From a virus, in the IMG/VR virus record IMGVR_UViG_3300035698_020241, positions 1 through 64,000 of that record: a DNA stretch of 64,000 nucleotides; one strand, given 5' to 3'. A program made the position numbers and the translations under genes. Shown here piece by piece: positions 48,313-57,171 of this stretch (the stretch's first letter is position 1; each line of letters opens with the position of its first letter). The notes under the pieces are model-generated. The model was not told the origin of the DNA and ran no database searches. It saw only the letters and a program-made list of their open reading frames with translations.

Positions 48313-48428
48313 ACACTAATCACCTCGTTTATATTTTGTCGCACAACTGTAAGTCTGTAGAATATATCTATACAGACATTTATTTTAAAAAATTCTTATT
48401 ATGTTTACCATAAAAAAATTACACTCTC

Positions 48429-48584
48429 CTACTTATGTGAATCACATGTATCGCAATCACCAGCACAGTCACAATCTTTACAATCATCACCCCATTTATC
48501 TTCATCTGGTTCTGGTTGTGTAGTCTCTGACACTTCTTGATCGCATCCACCAGTACATCCTTGGCATCCATCTCCATCACTCAT
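48429..48584 (-). CDS. 51-aa Cys/Asp-rich micro-protein (not in ORF track)
   Basis: MSDGDGCQGCTGGCDQEVSETTQPEPDEDKWGDDCKDCDCAGDCDTCDSHK*; GGGAGGT RBS 7 nt upstream of ATG. Confidence 0.7.
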   Translation of the reverse strand: MSDGDGCQGCTGGCDQEVSETTQPEPDEDKWGDDCKDCDCAGDCDTCDSHK

Positions 48585-48603
48585 AACAATTACCTCCCTT
48601 ATG

Positions 48604-48628
48604 AAAAGGACCTCCCAATGGGAGGTCC
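48604..48628 (-). terminator. Intrinsic terminator-like hairpin
   Basis: GGACCUCCC-AUU-GGGAGGUCC followed by UUUU, just after the GIY-YIG stop. Confidence 0.7.
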
Positions 48629-48641
48629 CGATTTAAAACTA

Positions 48642-49448
48642 TTACATATTTTCAAGTCGTTCACACTTGAAACCTTTATACTGTTTTATTCTTCCACTAA
48701 CTATATGTTGAAAATTACTTTGATATAATTTTATACCAGTATTTTCTTCATAATCTCTACAAAAACTAGTTAAACAATTTGTAAAAATTTCTTTACCATC
48801 TGGATGAATAATTTTCCACTTAATATTTTTCAAACCTTTATTATAATTAGGATTATTCTCTCCAATCTTACCATACATAGGATTACTTTTCCCTTTATTA
48901 TGTATTTTTCCTTTCTCACTCAAAATTATTTTCGTTTCAATAGAATGTTTTTTCCCATACATACCATTATTTTTACCACTAAATTTTTTTCTATATGAAC
49001 CACTCTCATAAAGAACTTTCATTTTTTTCTGGAAATCTTCATCCTGTAATAATTTCTTACGTGCTTTACTAATATTTTTCCTATGTTCTTTTGAAAATTT
49101 TCTACCTATTAATGAATTTGATAATTTATTTCTCTGTTCCTTACTGGCCTTCCAACCATAATGTCCCTCACCACCCCAAGTCATATTATATCCATTTTCC
49201 GATATATGACTGTGATATTGTTTAATGTAATGAAACTCCATCTCATCCAATTCTTCTTTGGAATTACATTCTTCAACTATAGTCCATTCAAAAACATCTT
49301 CATTATATTTTTTAAGAGCCCTATGAAAATAAAAGTTAGTATTCTTAGATTTCCAATAATGTTCCTTTATTCTATTATCTAAATCAAATTTTGTTTGTCC
49401 TATATAACATTTTGAATTTATTTTATTTTTAACTTTATAAATTATCAT
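48642..49448 (-). mobile_element. GIY-YIG homing endonuclease next to gene 32
   Basis: IIY...CYIGQT, FHRALKKY, GYNMTWGGEG, NUMOD3-like repeats. Confidence 0.88.
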
Positions 49449-49472
49449 ATAAATATCTCCATTTCTATAAAG

Positions 49473-49480
49473 TATTTATA
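49473..49480 (-). promoter_or_regulatory. T4-late-type promoter TATAAATA for the endonuclease
   Basis: Exact TATAAATA on the minus strand, followed by GGAG RBS and ATG at 49448. Confidence 0.7.
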
Positions 49481-49541
49481 TACCTTCTACTAAACGAACT
49501 GGAAATAATATAAAAATTGTAAACGCCTATTATTATTACGA

Positions 49542-50567
49542 TCACATTGATTCTAATTCTTTTAAAAGGTCCGAATCTAATATATCACCATCATCAGTAT
49601 CCATAGAACTAACCTTTTCTTTTTCAGATTGTTCTAAAGGAGTATCTGTAGATGTATCTGGACTATCCCACTGGGAATCATCTATATCATCTTCGGTTGT
49701 ACTTCCGAGGCCGCCTGTTATTTTAGCTACTCTGTCCTCTTTAGCTTTATTTTTTTTGATATCGTCCTCAACTATCTCATAAACCATTTCGTCTTTGAGA
49801 ACTTTGATTACGAATTCTTCACCCCTATCAAGACTCTTAATATATTCATCAAGTCCAACAGTTGTTTTCATTATCTTATCTATCTCATCATCCGTACCGA
49901 TTGCTGATGAGCGTCTTGCAAATGTTGACTGACTATAATCAGGCCATATGTTGCCTCTTGCATCCTTTTTTGTGGAAAGTACTTTAAGAATGAAATTATA
50001 TCCTTCATCACTTGGATCAAATATTGAATGACCAAGGCCATTTTTTGTATCTGTAATTTCTTCTTTAAGTTTCATTTCAACTTTACCAGGAAACTCATAT
50101 AATCTTACATTTCCAGAAACTTTCTTATCATCCTCAAGTTCTGAATCCCGTGGATCGTCAACAATATAAAAGTTACCAACGAACTTTTCCTTTCTTTTAA
50201 AATTACTAGCCATTGCCTTATCTGCAGCAACACCCATGTATAACTTTGAAGTTGCTGTGCATAATGGACAGAATGCATCAAAATTATGTGTTTTTGGACA
50301 TACTATAAATGCCCATTGCTCACCAGATTTGAACATATGATAGTAATATTTATTATAAAAGTTACCATCCTTATCAGGTATAAATCTACCCTCATAAACT
50401 TTTGCTCTTGAATCTGTTCCCTTTTCAGGGGTTTTCCATACGAACTCTGAGCGTCTTATACCACCGCTTTTTGGCTCGTCTTTCTCATCCGTTTTCTTAC
50501 TTTGGAATTTGTTAAATTTTTCCTTGTTTATCCATTTACTCAATCTTTCTCCTCTTATATCACCCAC
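49542..50567 (-). CDS. gp32: Single-stranded DNA-binding protein, T4 gp32-like (probable start TTG 50543)
   Basis: YYHMF, CPKT...CPLC, RKEKFVGNFYIVDDP, LYEFPGK, IFDP...GYNFILKV, YSQSTF; acidic tail ending LLKELESM. Confidence 0.9.
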   Translation of the reverse strand: MGDIRGERLSKWINKEKFNKFQSKKTDEKDEPKSGGIRRSEFVWKTPEKGTDSRAKVYEGRFIPDKDGNFYNKYYYHMFKSGEQWAFIVCPKTHNFDAFCPLCTATSKLYMGVAADKAMASNFKRKEKFVGNFYIVDDPRDSELEDDKKVSGNVRLYEFPGKVEMKLKEEITDTKNGLGHSIFDPSDEGYNFILKVLSTKKDARGNIWPDYSQSTFARRSSAIGTDDEIDKIMKTTVGLDEYIKSLDRGEEFVIKVLKDEMVYEIVEDDIKKNKAKEDRVAKITGGLGSTTEDDIDDSQWDSPDTSTDTPLEQSEKEKVSSMDTDDGDILDSDLLKELESM

Positions 50568-50643
50568 TGCGGTTGATTAGTTGTAAAGTGATATAATTTT
50601 TATAATTTATTTTTTTATCGTACCGCAGATTTCTTCATATTTT

Positions 50644-50672
50644 ATAATAACATATAAATTATAAAATGTAAA
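50644..50672 (-). promoter_or_regulatory. Sigma70-type promoter for gene 32
   Basis: TTTACA-N17-TATTAT with TGT. Confidence 0.8.
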
Positions 50673-50685
50673 CTATTTAAAATAA

Positions 50686-50967
50686 CTATTCACACCACAT
50701 CATATCACGGATATTATCTTTCCAATACTCAAAATCTCCGTCATTATCAAGGCCGTTTATACTGGTTAAGCCTTTATGATGAGCATAACAAAATTTGAAG
50801 ATTTCGTTCTGAGCGTCTGTAATACTTACCAAATGTTCTTCCAAAAGGTCTTCTCTTAAAATATCAACAACAGCCTTTTCAACAAGAAGATCATTTTCTT
50901 CCTTATTTGTTTCAATTGTTAAAACAGCACTACCATCATCATTTTCTTTAATTTCCAAAACTTCCAT
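50686..50967 (-). CDS. Hypothetical protein
   Basis: AAGGA RBS; acidic. Confidence 0.55.
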   Translation of the reverse strand: MEVLEIKENDDGSAVLTIETNKEENDLLVEKAVVDILREDLLEEHLVSITDAQNEIFKFCYAHHKGLTSINGLDNDGDFEYWKDNIRDMMWCE

Positions 50968-50989
50968 TTTACTTTCCTTTCACAATTTA

Positions 50990-51169
50990 TTATTCATTTA
51001 ATGGTTCTTGTTTACCGTCTGTCTCGTTTAACTTTTTCTTTTTTGTCCACAGGGGGTCGCCCTTCAACTTTTCGTTTTTTAGATAATCCTTCTTTGGGTC
51101 TTTCCATAGTGGATCGCCCTCTATTCTTTTTTCCTTTATAAGGTCTTTTCTTTTTATTACTTTTGCCAT
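50990..51169 (-). CDS. Small basic protein with GDPLW repeat
   Basis: AGGAG RBS before ATG 51169; MAKVIKRKDL...GDPLWKDPKK...GDPLWTKKKK. Confidence 0.5.
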   Translation of the reverse strand: MAKVIKRKDLIKEKRIEGDPLWKDPKKDYLKNEKLKGDPLWTKKKKLNETDGKQEPLNE

Positions 51170-51263
51170 ATCTCTCCTTAGTAACCCCTTTATCATCCAT
51201 AAGGTCATTCCATGCATGTTCCATTGCGGTTCGTGGGTTCTTAATCTTAAATAGTTCTTTCAT

Positions 51264-52157
51264 TTATTTTCCTTTCTTTTCAGTTTCTTTCATCATCTTC
51301 AATAGCTTAACCAATTCATCTTGAGCAGGTGCTGTATCTTTAACACTCCAAACAGACTTTTCCTCATCTTTTTCCATTGCTGATTTTACTTTATCTTGTA
51401 TCTCTGCAAGATCGGCCATAATAACTTCAGGAGTTTTTTCTACAACATATTCTTTTTCTCCCTCATCTTCATAGAAACTCTTTACAGACTTAACACCCAT
51501 TTTTCTTGATGTGTAATAATTACTAATTGCAGTATTCATAGTGTGTTTTGCATCATTGACACCTTTAGAGGTAGCGTCAAATGACATAGTATTACCAGCA
51601 CCCATACTGAAACCTGTAACAGCTGTTGCCTCAACATCAATATTAGCTCCCAGAAATGTGAATGTCCAGTTACCTTGTTTCTCAAGTTTCTCAATCTTCT
51701 CTTTTATCATAATACGGCCTGGTTCTCTTTTGAACTCTTGTGATGCATTCTCACCACCATCTGTTATGATTATGAAAAGAACTGAATGATCTTTTGATAG
51801 GTCTTTTATATACTCATTCTTTTCAAATTTAGATATTGTCAATCCTATAGCATCGTATAATGCTGTCAGACCGCCTGTCCAATAACCATTAAGTTCGGCA
51901 ACATTTTCAAGATATGTATCAAGATGTCGTGTTTTTATTTCATTATCAAACTCAACAACCGTTATCAGTGTTTTGATACCCTCTGTCTCTTCCTTTATCT
52001 TTTTAATTTGATCATTGAAATTATCCATTGATTCTTTTCTGATATTTGACATTGAACCACTATGGTCCATAATGAATACAACATGATTTACAGCCTCAGG
52101 TTTTTCACCTGTTATAGCCTCTTCCAATAAATCAAACAAATTTTTTTGTTCTTCCAT
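51264..52157 (-). CDS. von Willebrand factor A domain protein
   Basis: MIDAS DHSGSMS, TALYDAIG, IITDGGENAS, FTFLGAN. Confidence 0.9.
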   Translation of the reverse strand: MEEQKNLFDLLEEAITGEKPEAVNHVVFIMDHSGSMSNIRKESMDNFNDQIKKIKEETEGIKTLITVVEFDNEIKTRHLDTYLENVAELNGYWTGGLTALYDAIGLTISKFEKNEYIKDLSKDHSVLFIIITDGGENASQEFKREPGRIMIKEKIEKLEKQGNWTFTFLGANIDVEATAVTGFSMGAGNTMSFDATSKGVNDAKHTMNTAISNYYTSRKMGVKSVKSFYEDEGEKEYVVEKTPEVIMADLAEIQDKVKSAMEKDEEKSVWSVKDTAPAQDELVKLLKMMKETEKKGK

Positions 52158-52170
52158 TACAAATTCTCCT

Positions 52171-52704
52171 TTATGATGTTAACATTTCATCTATCTTATC
52201 TATTAAATCGTTATTTATTATATCAGGTAAATTATCAAATGATTTTACAAATTCTATATCAGGTAAATCATCAAAATCTTCGGATATTTCACCAGCTAAT
52301 TCTTTAAATGGTATCTTCATACCTCTACCAACTTCTGCCTTTATATCTACAAGTATTTCACCATCATATTCTCTAAAGTCAGGTGTTCCTTTTAATAATG
52401 TTTTAGCCCAATTTATAATAAATTTTCTATTTTTTGGATTCAGAATATATGTGTTTATTGACCAAAAATTATCACCGTATCTTCTTATTCTAATCCAACC
52501 ACGATTAACTAACATTAAAATTATAGATTCTCTTGCTTTTCCTTCTTGACCCATTCTTTCATTATACTTCTCATATTGATCTTTTATAAACTCTTTTGAA
52601 ATACCAAACTTATTGGGATTTCTAATAATTGCTGTTATGTGGTTAGACACATAAACAACCTTACCTTTTGGACTTATGAAATATGCAGGACTAAATCCAG
52701 CCAT
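52171..52704 (-). CDS. Hypothetical phage protein
   Basis: GGGAGG RBS; ISPKG...GWIRIR motif. Confidence 0.6.
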   Translation of the reverse strand: MAGFSPAYFISPKGKVVYVSNHITAIIRNPNKFGISKEFIKDQYEKYNERMGQEGKARESIILMLVNRGWIRIRRYGDNFWSINTYILNPKNRKFIINWAKTLLKGTPDFREYDGEILVDIKAEVGRGMKIPFKELAGEISEDFDDLPDIEFVKSFDNLPDIINNDLIDKIDEMLTS

Positions 52705-52714
52705 ATTGCCTCCC

Positions 52715-53398
52715 TTAATATAATAAATTCATCGCCTTATAGAGTTTATTAGATGAGTTGGAGGGGTTAGGAATTGATATACCTTCAAGTATAATATTGA
52801 TAATTCTTCCTTTATTTCTCGTTTTCTTTAACTCTGTAAAACCTTGTAACCCTATAATTCTATTAAATCCATAATCTATAGATTTACCTGATATTGCTCC
52901 AAAATCTTCCCATTTCTTACCATTTTTACCAAATAATCCAAAATCTTTACCTATTCTAGCGACTATAGCATCTTGTTTATACTTTCTTGCCATTTCAAGT
53001 GTAACATCAAAAAATTTTGGATTTTTTTGATCGTTTAATATAAGCCATGATTCTTCAAGTGTGTCTTGTATCTTACCATCATATTCAGAACATTTATCAA
53101 TTGTTATATTATCAGGTAATTCAACACTACATTCTTTCCAATGACCAACTAATCTATACGCGCCATATGCTTTTATATTTCCAAGTTTCTGTCTTAATGA
53201 TTTTATTAGAGAATTATTATTTTGTTGATTCTGTTTATATGTATTATTCTTTCTAAATGCAGTAATCATCACAAAATCATCATCACCTTTAAGTTTTGAT
53301 AGTATTCTGCTTAAAGACGCTCCTGATTCTAATAATGTTCTTTCTTCAATTTCATTATCTTGTTTATATATTAATTCTAAATAATTTTTAAATTTCAC
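52715..53398 (-). CDS. Hypothetical T4-like phage protein
   Basis: MKFKNYLE...SLSRI...FVMITAFR...KYKQDA. Confidence 0.6.
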   Translation of the reverse strand: MKFKNYLELIYKQDNEIEERTLLESGASLSRILSKLKGDDDFVMITAFRKNNTYKQNQQNNNSLIKSLRQKLGNIKAYGAYRLVGHWKECSVELPDNITIDKCSEYDGKIQDTLEESWLILNDQKNPKFFDVTLEMARKYKQDAIVARIGKDFGLFGKNGKKWEDFGAISGKSIDYGFNRIIGLQGFTELKKTRNKGRIINIILEGISIPNPSNSSNKLYKAMNLLY

Positions 53399-54003
53399 TA
53401 TAGTTTATCCTTTAACTTTTTTAAAAAATTCTCTGAACCTTTTAAACTTAATATTATATCTCTATATTGTTCAATAATATATGGCACTTGTACTCTCTCA
53501 TCATCCGTTAAGTTTAACATTTTCATATGTATCAACCAGACAATAAAATACTTATCAACTTTATTATTAAGATAATGATAAACAACAAGTTTCAATTCAT
53601 CTTTTTCTATCATACAATAACGACTAACAGAGGATATGGTTTTCTCCTTCATGTATAGTTTTACAAACTTTAAGGAATTGATTATTCCTTCTTTAGTCAT
53701 TCGTATATCTCTTTTTATATGTTTATCGTGTTGTATATATAAGTTTATTATTCTTTGATCAAAAAATTGAACATATGTAAATGATTTAAGTATTTCAAAT
53801 CCACATTGCATGAATCTATATACATCTATTTTATTCCATTTTGTGTTGAAATATTTGGAAGCAAGTGTCAACGCCTCTCTATTCTTATCTGACATTTTCT
53901 TTTGAAAATGGTCGTCCCAGTTCTTTGGCATTCTATAAGGTCTATTCTTAGACTCTGCCTGGGCCCGTCTAAATCCAAAATATATATCATATTCAGTTAT
54001 CAT
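53398..54003 (-). CDS. Hypothetical protein (start ATG 54003; track start 54021 lies inside the promoter)
   Basis: Long ORF directly after the promoter at 54010-54038. Confidence 0.65.
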   Translation of the reverse strand: MITEYDIYFGFRRAQAESKNRPYRMPKNWDDHFQKKMSDKNREALTLASKYFNTKWNKIDVYRFMQCGFEILKSFTYVQFFDQRIINLYIQHDKHIKRDIRMTKEGIINSLKFVKLYMKEKTISSVSRYCMIEKDELKLVVYHYLNNKVDKYFIVWLIHMKMLNLTDDERVQVPYIIEQYRDIILSLKGSENFLKKLKDKL

Positions 54004-54009
54004 ATTATA

Positions 54010-54038
54010 ATTATACACCAAAATTTAGTATTTGTAAA
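54010..54038 (-). promoter_or_regulatory. Sigma70-type promoter
   Basis: TTTACA-N17-TATAAT with TG. Confidence 0.85.
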
Positions 54039-54064
54039 CAAATTCAGTTATAGTAATATTATTA

Positions 54065-54304
54065 CTATGCTACTTCATCAGGAGGTATAGTTGATCCGCC
54101 TTTTTCTACATCTACACACCAAACTCCATTTTTATTTTCATAAGCATTTGAGTCACATGTAAAAATAGTTTCACAATGTCCATTTTTCACAGGGTCATCA
54201 TTAGGTTCAAACATTTTAAATATATCACCTTTTCGTAAAAAGGACATGCTTGTACTTTCCCATTTATCTCCGACTTTTTTAAAAACCTTTCTTTTGAGAT
54301 TCAT
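54065..54304 (-). CDS. Hypothetical protein
   Basis: AAGGAG RBS. Confidence 0.55.
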   Translation of the reverse strand: MNLKRKVFKKVGDKWESTSMSFLRKGDIFKMFEPNDDPVKNGHCETIFTCDSNAYENKNGVWCVDVEKGGSTIPPDEVA

Positions 54305-54647
54305 AAAATTTCTCCTTTATTCTTATTGCTTCTGTGCAGATATCACAAAAATATCTAACTGAATAAGGTCTTTTACAATAAATACGACTTATTATTAATA
54401 ATCCTTTGTTAGTAACAAACTTATTAGTTTCTACTTTGTTAAGTTTTGTATTACCTACTACTCCATTGGTTTTTGAACTTATATAAAATTTAACATCATT
54501 CATCTTATATGAATGAAACTGACATAAAGGATTAGCACAAAACTCTTTTTGTATCATTATTTTCCGTTCTTTTTTGGTAATCTTTTTCCAAAAAGTTTCA
54601 AGTATGTATTTAAATATCGTTTCAAATTGTTTCCTTCTTCCCACCAT
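54279..54647 (-). CDS. Hypothetical Cys-containing protein (probable start MIQKEFC)
   Basis: CANPLC...CDIC. Confidence 0.45.
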   Translation of the reverse strand: MVGRRKQFETIFKYILETFWKKITKKERKIMIQKEFCANPLCQFHSYKMNDVKFYISSKTNGVVGNTKLNKVETNKFVTNKGLLIISRIYCKRPYSVRYFCDICTEAIRIKEKFYESQKKGF

Positions 54648-55678
54648 AATTGTGTTCCTACAGCCTCCCTATCTTTCTTATATGTTTTAGCTCTTTGATC
54701 TATATCACCTGCAAGAAGTTCAATATGACTTATCATTTCTTCATCAGTTTTAGCTCTTAACTTTGTGTTTTTATAAGGGTATACATCACTGAATACACCT
54801 GGCGCTCCACATGCAGAGAATTCTAACATCTTAATATTACTCTTACAACTATTGAATACACTATCTTCCAATGGAGCTATACATATATCAGGCTCTATTG
54901 ATTTCATAACATGTGGATAATTAAATACTGATGCCCATGGTACGAATGTTATTTTATTCTTTATATTATTGAGTTCCTCAGGCATAGCACCCATAAACAC
55001 CCAATCATATTTATCCGTTGTTTTTCTTATGAAGTTTAATAATCCGTTACTAAAGTCTCCACCTTTTATACCTTTTTTTACCATCTTTTTCAAAGCAAAA
55101 TGATTCTGTGAACCTCCCCAAAAAATACGAGGCCTTCTTTCTCTTGGTTCATTATGATGTTTAGGATATATATCACCCCAAATAAATTTTGGAAGATGAT
55201 TTGGTATAACCTCTATTCTTTTATTATATTCTGAATATATTTTCTTTAGTGGCTCTGTGGAACATATCATACCATCAGCCCACGACATCATTCTTTTAAC
55301 ATTTTCTTCATTCTTAACATAATAATCACTGGCAAAATTCCATGAAGGTATGCCAAGTAATAGATCATCAATTTCATATATTACAGGTATTTTTATTTTT
55401 TTCTGGATTTTTTCTTTATAATGTGCAAAGATTTTAACATGTTCGGATGTTGACGCTCTTTGGAATTGAACATATGATATATTTTTATAAAAGCCTATAT
55501 CAGATGCATAATGACCAATCATTTCTGTGCTCGCTTGAACACCATTCTCACGATAATGATTTAATAATAAATACGGGTAAATCATACGGATTGTACCACA
55601 TCCTTGAGTATCTCCTAGGTAACCTAGGAATGATAATCTGGTAGGTGTCTTAATTACTTCTAATTTCTTTATACTCAT
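54557..55678 (-). CDS. GT-B glycosyltransferase
   Basis: GCGTIRM..P, YEIDD, ADGMICST, VIPN, IFWGGS..H, DICIAPL...FNSCKSNIKMLEFSACGAP. Confidence 0.85.
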   Translation of the reverse strand: MSIKKLEVIKTPTRLSFLGYLGDTQGCGTIRMIYPYLLLNHYRENGVQASTEMIGHYASDIGFYKNISYVQFQRASTSEHVKIFAHYKEKIQKKIKIPVIYEIDDLLLGIPSWNFASDYYVKNEENVKRMMSWADGMICSTEPLKKIYSEYNKRIEVIPNHLPKFIWGDIYPKHHNEPRERRPRIFWGGSQNHFALKKMVKKGIKGGDFSNGLLNFIRKTTDKYDWVFMGAMPEELNNIKNKITFVPWASVFNYPHVMKSIEPDICIAPLEDSVFNSCKSNIKMLEFSACGAPGVFSDVYPYKNTKLRAKTDEEMISHIELLAGDIDQRAKTYKKDREAVGTQLWWEEGNNLKRYLNTYLKLFGKRLPKKNGK

Positions 55679-55681
55679 ATT

Positions 55682-55951
55682 TCACAGTTTCTCCTCTACA
55701 AAATGTATGGACATTATATCATCAAAACTAATATCCTGTTCTAATATATTATCTATAATATTATTGAATATCATTGACAATACTTCTTTCTCCATTGATT
55801 TACCAAAAAGTTTATACATTTTTGATTCATCTGTTTTCTTGAAGGTGGTGTATAATTTAACACTACTACCATCCTTCATATTTACTTCAACACATTTTTC
55901 TTTAACTTCTGACATCTTATCTCCTAAATAGTTACTTGTATAACTCCTCAA
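55682..55951 (-). CDS. Hypothetical protein (probable start MSEVKEK)
   Basis: AGGAG RBS. Confidence 0.5.
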   Translation of the reverse strand: MRSYTSNYLGDKMSEVKEKCVEVNMKDGSSVKLYTTFKKTDESKMYKLFGKSMEKEVLSMIFNNIIDNILEQDISFDDIMSIHFVEEKL

Positions 55952-56432
55952 GTACTTTTTCTATACCTAATTTTTCCATTTTCTTTCTGATAAACTCCAT
56001 TACAGTTGGAGCAACTGGTTTTACTCTCAAATACATACCAATCTCTCGGCAGGTTTTATCCTCTTTTTTATTGTTACATGGTTTACATGCAGCAACACAA
56101 TTCTCAAAAGTAGATTTACCTCCCTTAGCTTTTGGTATTATATGATCTATAGTCAACTTTGAAGGCTTTGCTCCACAGTATGCGCAAGTAAGTCCGTCTC
56201 TTATTATAACAGCTCTTTTACTGAACGGTACTTTGCTTCTATAAAGAGTTCTAATAAGTTTAACAAGTTTCATTACTAAAGGTATTTGATAAACAGATGT
56301 AATAGTATTCATTACATCTTTAGAATATTTCAATACTTCTACTTTACCTTTAGCCACCATCTTAAATGCCTTTTTGATACTAACAACATTTAAAAATGTA
56401 TGATCAGAATTTAGAATTATACAATTAGTCAT
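55932..56432 (-). CDS. HNH endonuclease (McrA/HNH_5 type)
   Basis: IILNSD, RDGLTCAYCG...TIDHIIPKAKGG...ENCVAACKPCNNKK. Confidence 0.88.
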   Translation of the reverse strand: MTNCIILNSDHTFLNVVSIKKAFKMVAKGKVEVLKYSKDVMNTITSVYQIPLVMKLVKLIRTLYRSKVPFSKRAVIIRDGLTCAYCGAKPSKLTIDHIIPKAKGGKSTFENCVAACKPCNNKKEDKTCREIGMYLRVKPVAPTVMEFIRKKMEKLGIEKVLEELYK

Positions 56433-56433
56433 G

Positions 56434-56718
56434 CTATCTCCTTTCAGATTTTAAATCAATTACTCCTGCATCCATAATCCTTTTTGCTATGGTTGGTTTA
56501 TCTGCAAGCATTCTAAGGAACTTTCTATAATCCTCTGATGCCTCTGTTTTTGTATATCTTGTTTCTATACCCAATTTTTCAACTGTGATATAATCTTGTC
56601 CTATTTTACAAAAAACACATTCTTTATCGTCTTCTTTCCCTGGTGATACTATTTGTCCTGGTATTACCCACATGAAATCAGGTACAAAAAAGTGTTTACA
56701 TTTTACACATTGTGACAT
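56434..56718 (-). CDS. Zinc-finger hypothetical protein
   Basis: CVKC...CVFC. Confidence 0.55.
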   Translation of the reverse strand: MSQCVKCKHFFVPDFMWVIPGQIVSPGKEDDKECVFCKIGQDYITVEKLGIETRYTKTEASEDYRKFLRMLADKPTIAKRIMDAGVIDLKSERR

Positions 56719-56727
56719 TACTCCTCC

Positions 56728-57135
56728 TTATAACAGAGTTAAATCTCCTGTTATAACATCTATTTTTTTATTATTTCCTGGTCCCACAGCCAAGCATGTA
56801 ATGGTAGGCACACCTTTAAACTCTGTAAGTCCTGCATCTTTTATAAGTGCATGCGGCACTTCATGAAATAAACATTCATCCCTAAGTGTGAGTAATTCCA
56901 ACTCACTTTTCACATATACAACTATCTTTGTATATCTATCTCTTAACCATAACCTCATTGGATCATCATAATCCATTGTAAGTTTCAAATGCATTTGGCC
57001 TTCAAAATTTGAACATCGCATTCTATCAAGCATAACCCTCATAGAGGCATGTGCCACTTGAGCACACATTTTACCTTTCCTCATATTAAGGTCCTTTCTT
57101 ACAACTATAACTTGTTTTACATTGCCATCTTCCAT
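56728..57135 (-). CDS. pth2: Peptidyl-tRNA hydrolase 2 (Pth2)
   Basis: KQVIVVRKDLNMRKGKMCAQVAHAS...KIVV...IKDAGLTEF..PTITCLAVGP. Confidence 0.92.
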   Translation of the reverse strand: MEDGNVKQVIVVRKDLNMRKGKMCAQVAHASMRVMLDRMRCSNFEGQMHLKLTMDYDDPMRLWLRDRYTKIVVYVKSELELLTLRDECLFHEVPHALIKDAGLTEFKGVPTITCLAVGPGNNKKIDVITGDLTLL

Positions 57136-57171
57136 ATTTATCCTTTTTTACCAATTATAAATACTATAAAA

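Noticed and set aside
48353-48377. Intergenic hairpin GTCTGTA...TACAGAC upstream of the resolvase
   Set aside because: Imperfect stem with a large A/T loop and no clear U-tract; not enough to call a terminator or ncRNA.
53398-54003. Possible gp59-like helicase loader
   Set aside because: The size is compatible but I could not recognise diagnostic residues, so it is left as hypothetical.
57156-57163. TATAAATA on the + strand, antisense to the ligase C-half
   Set aside because: An 8-mer of only A and T is expected by chance in this composition, and there is no supporting + strand gene.
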